A DNA stretch of 64,000 bases from the NCBI GenBank assembly GCA_963749495.1, contig CAVVMW010000004.1:864183-928182 (forward strand), read 5' to 3'. Each line of letters opens with the position of its first letter. The stretch's first letter is position 1. The notes beneath the pieces were generated by a model. That model made no database searches. It was not told where the DNA came from and saw only the letters and a list, made by a program, of their open reading frames with translations. This document shows, piece after piece, positions 27,705-35,986 of the stretch. The translations under genes and the position numbers were made by a program. The DNA is from an uncultured bacterium. Its GTDB lineage: Bacteria; Verrucomicrobiota; Verrucomicrobiia; Limisphaerales; UBA8199.

Positions 27705-28958
27705 TTAAGGGCCGGCCGATGCCGCCTTGGGAGGCTGGGCGTGAAAATCCTGCCGGCCCTCCGGCAGCCGTTCCGCCAGGAACAGCTTCACGAACACGGT
27801 CAAGATGATGAAAGGCAGGACCAGCAGGATCGCCCCCATCAGCCATCCCTCTATTCCGGCAAAGTCCATCTTGTAGCTCATGAAGCCGCGCAGGCTCTTG
27901 GAGAAGAGCTGGCCCCCAATGACGACGTTCCAGCGCATGGCCAGCACGCCAACCAGGATGAGGGCGGCGCTGGCGAAGTAGATGCGCTTGCGCGCCAGCT
28001 CCGGCACGCGCCGGCGCAGGAGCTGCATTGTTCCCAGCAGCAAGAGCGGCACCGCCGTGCCCAGCAGCGCCTGGCCCACGTTGAGCGTGTAGAAGAGCTT
28101 CTCGGTGGCCAGTTGGCGCAGGATCTGGAAGGTCTCTTCGGCCGAGTAAATGCGATGAACCCAGTCCAGCCCCTCCACCGCCGCGTCGATCACCAGCGCG
28201 TAGAACAGGACCATGCCCATCATGTCCAGGCAGCGCATGTCCACGGAGTGGCGCCGCACCCACGTCAGCGTCATGTAATTGAAGACGCACAGGGCGATGC
28301 CCGACACCATGGCCGAGAGAATGAAGATGATGGGCATCAGGGCGTTGCCCCACCATGGGTTGGCCTTGACCGAGCCGAAGATGAAGCCGACGTAGCCGTG
28401 GAGCAGGAAGGCCGAGGGGATGCCGATAATGGAAATGACCCAGCCCAGCCGGGCGTCCAAGGCCAGAGCCGGCCCGGACTCATCGGTGACGCCCAGGGTG
28501 AAGGCGCGGTAGAGGATGCCGCGCAGCCCGGCGGTGTTTTGGGACCAGCGGACGAAATCGTGCCGATAATCGAACCACAGCTCCAGCAGCAGCACGGCCA
28601 TGAGGTACCACGCATAGATAAAGCCGAAGATGGCCATGGGCGAGGTCAGGTGGGGCGTCATCATGATCTCCAGGCAGCGCTCCGGATGGCCCAGGTGGCA
28701 GAGCAGCGGCAGCGGGGCGGCCAGGAGGAAGGCAAAGGCCGTCAAGAGCGAGAGCCGATACACCGGCTCCAGCGCCTTGACCTTGAAGACCCGGACCAGC
28801 GAGGCCATGATGAAGGCCCCGGCCACCAGCCCGGTGATGTACGGGTAGAGCACGATCAGCACGCCCCAGAGCGGCTGCCGCGTCGCCTCGTTGGGATACA
28901 CGTAGCCCTCGAAATGGGGCATCGCCTCGACTGCCAGGCGGGTCAGTTCGTTGGTCAT
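27705..28958 (-). CDS. NrfD/PsrC-family membrane anchor
   Basis: WGVLIVLYPYITGLVAGAF, HLGHPER and TSPMAIFG motifs. Confidence 0.9.
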   Translation of the reverse strand: MTNELTRLAVEAMPHFEGYVYPNEATRQPLWGVLIVLYPYITGLVAGAFIMASLVRVFKVKALEPVYRLSLLTAFAFLLAAPLPLLCHLGHPERCLEIMMTPHLTSPMAIFGFIYAWYLMAVLLLELWFDYRHDFVRWSQNTAGLRGILYRAFTLGVTDESGPALALDARLGWVISIIGIPSAFLLHGYVGFIFGSVKANPWWGNALMPIIFILSAMVSGIALCVFNYMTLTWVRRHSVDMRCLDMMGMVLFYALVIDAAVEGLDWVHRIYSAEETFQILRQLATEKLFYTLNVGQALLGTAVPLLLLGTMQLLRRRVPELARKRIYFASAALILVGVLAMRWNVVIGGQLFSKSLRGFMSYKMDFAGIEGWLMGAILLVLPFIILTVFVKLFLAERLPEGRQDFHAQPPKAASAGP

Positions 28959-28959
28959 G

Positions 28960-29769
28960 CTACCGGACCTCCTTGTCGATCCCCGCATAGAGGACCTGCG
29001 GGTCGGTGCCCAGGTGCGGTTTGAGGACCTGCACCCGGTTGTTCTGGTAGAATTGCCGAATCGGCTCGTCGGCCCCCCCGTTCTTGAGGTCGCCGAAGAC
29101 CCGCGCCTGGGTCGGGCAGACCTCGACGCAGGCCGGCTTCAATCCCCGCGTGATGCGATGGTAACAGAGGCTGCATTTCTCGGCGGTGTGGGTGATCGGG
29201 TTCAGGAAGCGGCACCCGTAGGGACAGGCCTGGATGCAGAAGCCGCAGCCGATGCAGTACTTCGGGTCGATGAGCACCGCGCCGTCCGGCGCGTCGAACG
29301 TCGCCCCGACCGGGCAGGCCTGGGTGCATGGCGAGTGCCTGCAGAGGTTGCACAGGCGCGGCACGAAAAACGAGTGCTGGATGCGCTCCGCCGGCACCGG
29401 CGGCTGGCCAAAACCGCGCGTCCCCCCCTCGGGGCTGTCCACCAGCGTCTGGCCGCGCCCCGCGTCGGCGCCGGGCTCCGGCTTGGTGATGATGTAGCGT
29501 TCGATCCAGGTGCGGAAGTAAGGGCCTTGAGGGACGTGGTTTTCCTTCTTGCAGGCCTCGGCGCACAGGCCGCAGCCGATGCACCGATTCGCATCCAGGG
29601 CCATCGCCCACCTGTGCCGCGCGGGGTCGTAGCCCGGCGCGGCGCCCGAAGACGTCAGGCCCTTCTGGACGGCGGCGCGCACCGTGCGCAGGCCCGGCGC
29701 GGCCAGCACCCCGGCCAGCACCGCGCCGATGCGGCCAATCATACTGCGGCGGGTCACACTCGGCTTCAT
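28960..29769 (-). CDS. Tat-exported 4Fe-4S dicluster protein (NrfC-like)
   Basis: TRRSMI; CIGCGLCAEAC, CNLCRHSPCTQACP, CIGCGFCIQACP and CSLC...ACVEVCP. Confidence 0.92.
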   Translation of the reverse strand: MKPSVTRRSMIGRIGAVLAGVLAAPGLRTVRAAVQKGLTSSGAAPGYDPARHRWAMALDANRCIGCGLCAEACKKENHVPQGPYFRTWIERYIITKPEPGADAGRGQTLVDSPEGGTRGFGQPPVPAERIQHSFFVPRLCNLCRHSPCTQACPVGATFDAPDGAVLIDPKYCIGCGFCIQACPYGCRFLNPITHTAEKCSLCYHRITRGLKPACVEVCPTQARVFGDLKNGGADEPIRQFYQNNRVQVLKPHLGTDPQVLYAGIDKEVR

Positions 29770-30224
29770 GGGGCCTCCTCCGGCATGTGCGGCACGTGGC
29801 AGTCCGTGCATTTGGATACCGTGTAATGGTTCTTCACGACAATCTGCTTGTGCCATTTGGGCCGCGAGGGATTGGCCTCGTGGCACCGCACGCACAGGCT
29901 GAAATAGAACTTCTCCGGCTTGAGATCCGGATTATCCGCATGGGCCTGCGCCGCGCCGTGGCAGGCCTCGCACGAGAGCGTCTTGTGCCCATGGCTCAGC
30001 AGCTTGTTGGACTCGTCCGAGTGGCATTCATCGCAGGCCTTCCGTCCGGCATAGACGGGGTCGCGCTGGCTCAGCTCCAGCAGCGCCTCCCCGCGATACC
30101 ATCCATACTGCCGGAACGAGGCGGGCGTCAGAAAATACCGGGCTATCGAATACGTCACCACGATCCCGGCTGCCAGCAGGACGAGCCGGAAGACCTGGGG
30201 CGGCATTTTCAAGGGGTTGCGCAT
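29766..30224 (-). CDS. Small membrane-anchored tetraheme cytochrome c
   Basis: CDECH, CEACH, CVRCH and CTDCH. Confidence 0.92.
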   Translation of the reverse strand: MRNPLKMPPQVFRLVLLAAGIVVTYSIARYFLTPASFRQYGWYRGEALLELSQRDPVYAGRKACDECHSDESNKLLSHGHKTLSCEACHGAAQAHADNPDLKPEKFYFSLCVRCHEANPSRPKWHKQIVVKNHYTVSKCTDCHVPHMPEEAP

Positions 30225-30411
30225 CGCGGCCCCTCAGCGTGATTGCTGCTTCATGGTTTCATTCATAACAACGGCGGCACAATTAACTGATGGCGCGGTT
30301 TTCGGCTTCACGTCTCTTGCCGAAGTATCACCCTTTCTTGCTCTGTCTGGAGCCTCAAATGGTTACAATACCTCCCAGCCATCGGACCTTGGTCCAAAAG
30401 TTCTCGGGCAG

Positions 30412-30636
30412 GAGGGTCGAGGGTCGAGCGATGCGCCCCCCGGGCCCGGGCATTTTCGGCTCGGCCTCCGGAGTGCGCCCGTCCCCGGGCGCAGCAGCGA
30501 CGGAGCGCGCAGGCGCGCCGGAGTACTTGACCGCTGCCCTGGCTGGGGATGTCGCTGCGCCCGAGGACGGGGGCACCCCCGTCTCGCCGCAGTCGGTGGG
30601 GCGGTGTCGGGATACGCCCGCCGGGCCCCTCGACCC
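30412..30636. repeat. REP family A copy with one outer arm and GGGTCGA heptamer flanks
   Basis: Similar to 12025-12216 and 18076-18185. Confidence 0.8.
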
Positions 30637-30712
30637 TTCCATATCCGATGATTTGTGACCCAGCGTCTCCCACGGCCTAAATGCCGCCCTCGCCGGCGCG
30701 CCGCGACGGGCC

Positions 30713-31042
30713 TCACTTCTTGAGGCCGCGGAAATAGGCCAACAGGGCCTTGATTTCGTCGTTGCTCAGCATCTCTCCGAAGGGCTTCATGCGGGTGGTG
30801 TCGCCTTCCTTGACGCCTTCCTTGATCGCCTTGATCATCTTTTCGTCCTTGAGCTCCGCCTGGATCTTGGGGTCGCTGTAGTCCTTGATGTGGAGCTTTT
30901 CGCCCATCTTCGTCTTGCCTTTGCCGTCGGGCCCGTGGCATTTGGCGCATTCTTTGGTCCAGATGGCTTTGGCCTCGGCTGCGCCCGCGGAAACGAGTCC
31001 CGCCGCCAGCAGGGCCAAACTGCACGCAATCAGCTTTTTCAT
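30713..31042 (-). CDS. Monoheme class I cytochrome c
   Basis: Signal peptide, CAKCH, distal Met (RMKPF). Confidence 0.93.
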   Translation of the reverse strand: MKKLIACSLALLAAGLVSAGAAEAKAIWTKECAKCHGPDGKGKTKMGEKLHIKDYSDPKIQAELKDEKMIKAIKEGVKEGDTTRMKPFGEMLSNDEIKALLAYFRGLKK

Positions 31043-31091
31043 GAGTAGAGGAGTGGAGTGTGTCGGTCAGACGTTCAATAATGTCCGATGA

Positions 31092-31424
31092 TTACTTGCC
31101 CTTGAACTTGCGGATGTACTCGACCAGCGATTTGATCTCCGCATCGCTGAGCGTGTCGCCGAAGGGCTTCATCCGGGTGTCGCCGCCCTTCTTGACCCCC
31201 TCCTTGATGGCCTTGGCCATCTCGTCGTCCTTCAATTTGTCCTGCACCTTGGCGTCTGTGTAGTCCTTGACCCCGGCCTTTTCGCCCATCTTGGTCTTGC
31301 CCTTGCCATCCTCGCCGTGGCATTTCTTGCAGTTCTTGTCCCAGAGCGCCTTGGCGTCGGCGGCATGGGCGGCGACGGGGCCTGCGACGAGCAGGGCGAG
31401 GCTGAGCGCGATTGTCTTTTTCAT
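31092..31424 (-). CDS. Monoheme class I cytochrome c (tandem paralog)
   Basis: Signal peptide, CKKCH, RMKPF. Confidence 0.93.
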   Translation of the reverse strand: MKKTIALSLALLVAGPVAAHAADAKALWDKNCKKCHGEDGKGKTKMGEKAGVKDYTDAKVQDKLKDDEMAKAIKEGVKKGGDTRMKPFGDTLSDAEIKSLVEYIRKFKGK

Positions 31425-31619
31425 GAGTTTTATTTATTCTTTATTTCAGATGTACTTCTATATGAGCATCCATGATGGCGCCTACAATACTCTTGCCCCA
31501 TCACCCGCCGGTTGTCCAGTCCGGGCCGCCGGGGGGATGCCCAGCCTCGGAGGGTAGGCGAAGCCGCGCCGGGCCGGCAATTAAAATCTTCTTCGAGGCA
31601 GAATAATTAAAGCTGATGC

Positions 31620-31693
31620 TGGCGGAATCATTGCCGGCAAAATCAGTTCTGAAGAATTCTGTTCCAATGATTTTGCCGGCAATGATTCCGCCA
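31620..31693. repeat. Inverted repeat GGCGGAATCATTGCCGGCAAAATCA ... TGATTTTGCCGGCAATGATTCCGCC
   Basis: Seen directly; related ATGATTTTGCC units at about 20368-20427. Confidence 0.8.
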
Positions 31694-31762
31694 GGCACGG
31701 GGGGCTGCGCGGGCGATTCCTGCGCCTTGGTTTCTCGCCGTTCCCCTGGGACCCGCGTCCTG

Positions 31763-32932
31763 TCAAAGGCTGCGGACGAACTTTTGGATCCGCTCGCACC
31801 CCTTCTGCAGGTTGGCCATGCTGGTGGCGTAGCTGATGCGGAGGTAATCGTCGGCGCCGAAGGCGATGCCGGGGACGGCCGCGACCTTTTGGGTCTCCAG
31901 GAGCCGGGCGCAGAAGTCGGTGGACTTCAAGCCGGTCTTGGAGATGTTGGGGAAGAGGTAGAAGGCGCCCTTGGGGTTGACGCAGGAGAGGCCCGGGATG
32001 CTGTTGAGCTGCTGCCAGGCGTAAGCGCGGCGGCGGTTGAACTCGGCCAGCCAGTTCTGGAGATGGTCCTGGGGGCCTTTGAGGGCGGCAACGCCGCCCT
32101 TTTGGGCGAAGGAAGTCGGGTTGCTGGTGCTGTGGCTCTGGATGGCATCCATGGCCTTGGCGATCGGCTCGGGGGCCGCGCAGAAGCCCAGGCGCCAGCC
32201 GGTCATGCTCCAGGCCTTGGCGAAGCCGTGCACGATAATCGTGTGCTCGAAATGGGCCTGGGAGAAGCCGGCCACGCTCCGGTGCACCGCGCCATCGTAG
32301 AGAAGGTGTTCGTAAATCTCATCGCTCATGATCAGGATGTCTTTCTCGACGCACACATCGCCCAGGGCCTTGATCTCGGCGGGGGTATAGACCGTGCCGG
32401 TCGGGTTGCTGGGCGAGTTGAACACCAGCAGCCGCGTGCGGGGCGTGATGGCCTGGCGCAGCGCCTCGGGCGTGAGTTTGAATTCGGTCTGGTCGGTGGT
32501 CTGGACAATGACCGGCGTGGCGCCGGCCAGCTTGGCCATCTCCGGGTAGCTCAGCCAGTAGGGCGCCGGGATGATCACCTCGTCCCCCTCCTGGCAGGTG
32601 GCCAGGATGACGTTGAAGCAGGAGTGCTTGCCGCCGCACGACACAATGACCTGCAACGGCTTATAGGTCAGCCCGTTTTCCCGCTTGAACTTGTCCGCGA
32701 TGGCCTGGCGCAACTCGGGCGTGCCGCTGGCAGGGGTGTATTTGGTGAAACCCTCGTTCAGCGCCTTGATCGCCGCATCCTTGATGTGCTGCGGCGTGTC
32801 GAAATCCGGCTCCCCCGCGCCAAACCCAACCACATCCTGCCCCTCCGCCTTCATCTGCTTGGCCTTCGAGTCGATCGCCAAGGTGAGCGAAGGAGTGAGC
32901 GAGGCCGCCCGGTCCGATATTTTGTATTTCAT
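31763..32932 (-). CDS. aspC: PLP-dependent aminotransferase class I (aspartate aminotransferase-like)
   Basis: GEPDFDTP, NSPSNPTG, SDEIY and AKAWSMTGWRLG motifs. Confidence 0.92.
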   Translation of the reverse strand: MKYKISDRAASLTPSLTLAIDSKAKQMKAEGQDVVGFGAGEPDFDTPQHIKDAAIKALNEGFTKYTPASGTPELRQAIADKFKRENGLTYKPLQVIVSCGGKHSCFNVILATCQEGDEVIIPAPYWLSYPEMAKLAGATPVIVQTTDQTEFKLTPEALRQAITPRTRLLVFNSPSNPTGTVYTPAEIKALGDVCVEKDILIMSDEIYEHLLYDGAVHRSVAGFSQAHFEHTIIVHGFAKAWSMTGWRLGFCAAPEPIAKAMDAIQSHSTSNPTSFAQKGGVAALKGPQDHLQNWLAEFNRRRAYAWQQLNSIPGLSCVNPKGAFYLFPNISKTGLKSTDFCARLLETQKVAAVPGIAFGADDYLRISYATSMANLQKGCERIQKFVRSL

Positions 32933-33008
32933 AGCTGGGAGACAAATAGCACCTGGCGCGGCATTGGCAAGGAATTCCTGCATCCAGACCGCGATCCGCG
33001 AATGGACC

Positions 33009-33449
33009 TTAACCCGGCGAGGCCTGAGTTTCCAACCCCAGAAACGGATTCACGACCTGTACCGCGTCGTACACCTGGCCGTGCGAAAGGTCCTCCGAAT
33101 AAAGCCTGGCGGCGCCCAGCGTCTGCGCCGCCGCGAGGATGGCAGCGTCCCAGTAGGAGATGCCGTAGCGATTCCGGACCTCCACGGCCTGGTGAAACAG
33201 CCTGGTGTCGGTCGGCACGACAGGAAACTGCTCCAGCCAACGGATGAACTCCATCGTGTCCGCCTCCGGCAGCGTTCGGGCCAGCTTGCCGGTGGCGTTG
33301 ACATAAAACTCCTGCAAGACCTGTGCTGACAGCCCGAAGTTCTCCTTCTGCAGGAGCCCTCGGGCCAGCCACTTCTTCTCGATGTCTTGGGCACTGTTCG
33401 AGACGGCGTAGAGCAGGACGTTAGTATCGATGAAGGCGTTTATCGTCAT
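33009..33449 (-). CDS. PIN-domain (VapC) toxin
   Basis: FIDTNVLLYA, QVLQEF, SYWDAAI and LYSEDL motifs. Confidence 0.92.
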   Translation of the reverse strand: MTINAFIDTNVLLYAVSNSAQDIEKKWLARGLLQKENFGLSAQVLQEFYVNATGKLARTLPEADTMEFIRWLEQFPVVPTDTRLFHQAVEVRNRYGISYWDAAILAAAQTLGAARLYSEDLSHGQVYDAVQVVNPFLGLETQASPG

Positions 33450-33688
33450 ACGTGCGGGCGCGGGTTGGGCGTTCGCCCACTTCCACATTGCACGCGTCAA
33501 TCCGCTCCCAGAGTTTATCGAGCATCCGCCGCCGTTCCTCCGGCGAAGGCACGGTCGAGGCCCTGGAAACGAAGAACTGTGCGAGGGCGTGCGAGAACCA
33601 GGTCCTCTAATCCTTTGCCTTGCGTTCGGGCCAGACGCTGCATGTTTTCCCAAGCTGCGTCTTCGAGCGTTATGGACACCGTCTTCAT
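33421..33688 (-). CDS. Putative cognate antitoxin (apparent frameshift ~33590)
   Basis: MKTVSITLEDAAWENMQRLAR... joined after a frameshift to ...ERRRMLDKLWERIDA...TRARTYDDKRLHRY*, overlapping the toxin start. Confidence 0.65.
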
Positions 33689-33972
33689 GCTCGCAGCCTA
33701 GTCGCCGACGGCCGCAGGGTCAAGCCTCCAAGGCAATGGCAGAAAGTCGAGGAGGACATCGTTGCAGTCTTCCCGACACACCCCAGGCCCCGCGCCGCGG
33801 TCCATTGCGCAACCCTGTCTTGCCTGGGGAGGTCAACCGCGACCGCGCTCTGATTTATGACAACGGAAGCCAGCAAACGGTCGGATGACGTCCGCCTGGC
33901 TGCCGAGGCCCTTTGTCGCTTCACGGCGGGAGAGTCTCGACATTTGAACGATGCCGCTGCTAAAGTGATGGC

Positions 33973-34233
33973 ATGAAAGGCGCCGTTGTTGAGATTACGC
34001 GAATCTCCCAAGCGCTCCCGCCCCGAAAGGCAGCACGGTTGCTGCAGTTCGCGCGCGCCCTTGAACAAGGAGTCAGCCCCCGTGCGCGCGGCGAGCCCAG
34101 AGATGGGGACGCGGAGTGGGAGCGCATCATCAAGGACCCACGCCCAAAACCGAAGCTGGCCGCCAAGTTGAAAGAACTTGAGCGACTGGCCATCCAAGGG
34201 AAGGATGAGCCAACGGCTTGGGACCGCCTGTGA
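33973..34233 (+). CDS. Small antitoxin-like protein without an intact downstream toxin
   Basis: ISQALPPRKAARLLQFARAL...WERII...WDRL resembles type II antitoxins. Confidence 0.55.
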   Translation: MKGAVVEITRISQALPPRKAARLLQFARALEQGVSPRARGEPRDGDAEWERIIKDPRPKPKLAAKLKELERLAIQGKDEPTAWDRL

Positions 34234-34269
34234 ATAACCGGATTCGACAGGGAATTCTCCTGAATCTTG

Positions 34270-35970
34270 CTATGTCAGTCCCTGTGTCCTGGCGACGAGC
34301 GATTCCGCGTGTTTTCGCGCCGCCTCGGTCTGGCCGCCGAGCATGCGGGCCAGCTCGGTCACCCGCTCCGCCGGTTCGAGCCGCCGGATTTCCGAGATGG
34401 TCCGTCCGGCCTTGAGTTGCTTGGTGGCGACGTAATGGGCGGCGGCCGGGGCGGCCACTTGCGGCAGATGCGTGATGCAGAGCACTTGCCGCTGCCGCGC
34501 GACCTGTTGCATCTTCTCGCCCACCGCGCGCGCCGTCTCGCCCCCGACGTTTGCGTCCACCTCGTCGAACACGAGCACCGGGACTTGGTCCTCGAGCGCC
34601 AGGACGGTCTTCAAAGCGAGCATCACGCGGGCCAGCTCGCCCGACAACGCAATGGCCCGCAACGGGCGCGGCGGCTCGCCCGGGTTGGGAGCGAACTGGA
34701 ACTCGATCGTGTCCAGGCCCGAGGCCGCGATGCGCGCCGGCTGCGGCGCCAATTCGTCCCGGCCGAGGGTCGTGATGAGCACGTCGAGGCGGCTCTGTTC
34801 GAAGCCCAGGTCGGCGAGTTGCCTGGCGGCGGCCTTGGCGAGTTGCGGGATGACCTTGCGGCGCCTGGCCGAGAGGGACTGGCCGCTGCGCCAGAGGTCG
34901 GCCTCGACCGTTTGGAGTTGGGCATTGATGCGTTCCAGTTCGGCGTCGCGCTGTTCGAGGCTCTGGAGCTTGCGGCGGGCGTCCTGGCCGAAGGCGATGA
35001 CCTCGGGGAGGGTGGGGCCGTATTTGCGTTTGAGCGACTGGATGAGGTTCAGCCGCTCCTCCAGTTGCCGGAGCCGGGCGGGGTCCACGTCCACGCTCTC
35101 GATGTAGCGGGAGAGGGCGGCCTGCAGGTCCTGGAGGAGGGAAAGGGCCTGTTGGTGCAGGGCCACAAGCGGGGCGGCCGAGGCATCGATGCGATGGAGG
35201 TCCTGCAGGCTGCGGCCCACCTGGCCCGCCTGCGTCATGAGGCTGTTCTCGTCCTCGCTGAGGGCCTGGAGGGCGGCCTGGCCGAGCTGGAGCAGCCGGG
35301 CGCCGTTGCTGGCGCGTGAATAGTCCTGCTCGAGCTGCGCCTGCTCTTCCGGCTGGAGGCGGGCGGCGGCGATTTCCTCGCATTGGAAGCGGAGCAGGTC
35401 CAGTTGCTGCGCGTAGGTCCGTTCGTCCACGATGAGCGCGGCCTTTTCGGCCTCGAGGGCGGCGCGGCGCCGGAGCAGTTGGGCAAAGGCCTCACGGTCC
35501 TCGTCGAGTTTGCCAAAGGCGTCGAGGATGGCGAGTTGCCGGGCCGGGTGCAGGAGCGACTGGTGCTCGTGCGGCCCGTGGATGTCCACCAGCCACTGGC
35601 CCAGGGCGGTCAAGGTGCCGAGTGTGGTGGGGGAGCCGTTGATGAACTGGCGATTGGCGCCGGCGGCGGTGAAGGCGCGCTTGAGGACGAGCTGGTGATC
35701 TTCGCACGGGTCGAGCCCGCTCTGCTCCAGGTAACTGCGGATTGGGGCCTTGAGGGACCGAATGTCGAAGACGGCCTCGACCGAGCAGGCCTCGCTGCCG
35801 CTGCGGATGAGGGTGCGGTCGGCGCGCTCACCCAGGACCAGGTTGAGGGCCCCGATGAGCATCGACTTGCCCGCCCCCGTCTCGCCGGTGATGACGTTGT
35901 AGCCGGGCTGCAATTCGAGGGTCAGGTCAGCCACCAGGGCGAGGTTCTTGATGCGCAAGGTCGTCAGCAT
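34270..35970 (-). CDS. recN: DNA repair protein RecN
   Basis: ITGETGAGKS, SGELARVMLAL, VFDEVDANVGG and ITHLPQVAA motifs. Confidence 0.97.
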   Translation of the reverse strand: MLTTLRIKNLALVADLTLELQPGYNVITGETGAGKSMLIGALNLVLGERADRTLIRSGSEACSVEAVFDIRSLKAPIRSYLEQSGLDPCEDHQLVLKRAFTAAGANRQFINGSPTTLGTLTALGQWLVDIHGPHEHQSLLHPARQLAILDAFGKLDEDREAFAQLLRRRAALEAEKAALIVDERTYAQQLDLLRFQCEEIAAARLQPEEQAQLEQDYSRASNGARLLQLGQAALQALSEDENSLMTQAGQVGRSLQDLHRIDASAAPLVALHQQALSLLQDLQAALSRYIESVDVDPARLRQLEERLNLIQSLKRKYGPTLPEVIAFGQDARRKLQSLEQRDAELERINAQLQTVEADLWRSGQSLSARRRKVIPQLAKAAARQLADLGFEQSRLDVLITTLGRDELAPQPARIAASGLDTIEFQFAPNPGEPPRPLRAIALSGELARVMLALKTVLALEDQVPVLVFDEVDANVGGETARAVGEKMQQVARQRQVLCITHLPQVAAPAAAHYVATKQLKAGRTISEIRRLEPAERVTELARMLGGQTEAARKHAESLVARTQGLT

Positions 35971-35986
35971 GTCCCATGTCCTGGGA

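Noticed and set aside
30317..30331. FNR/CRP box upstream of the cytochrome operon (TTGCCGAAGTATCAC)
   Set aside because: The spacing is wrong and the match to TTGAT-N4-ATCAA is weak.
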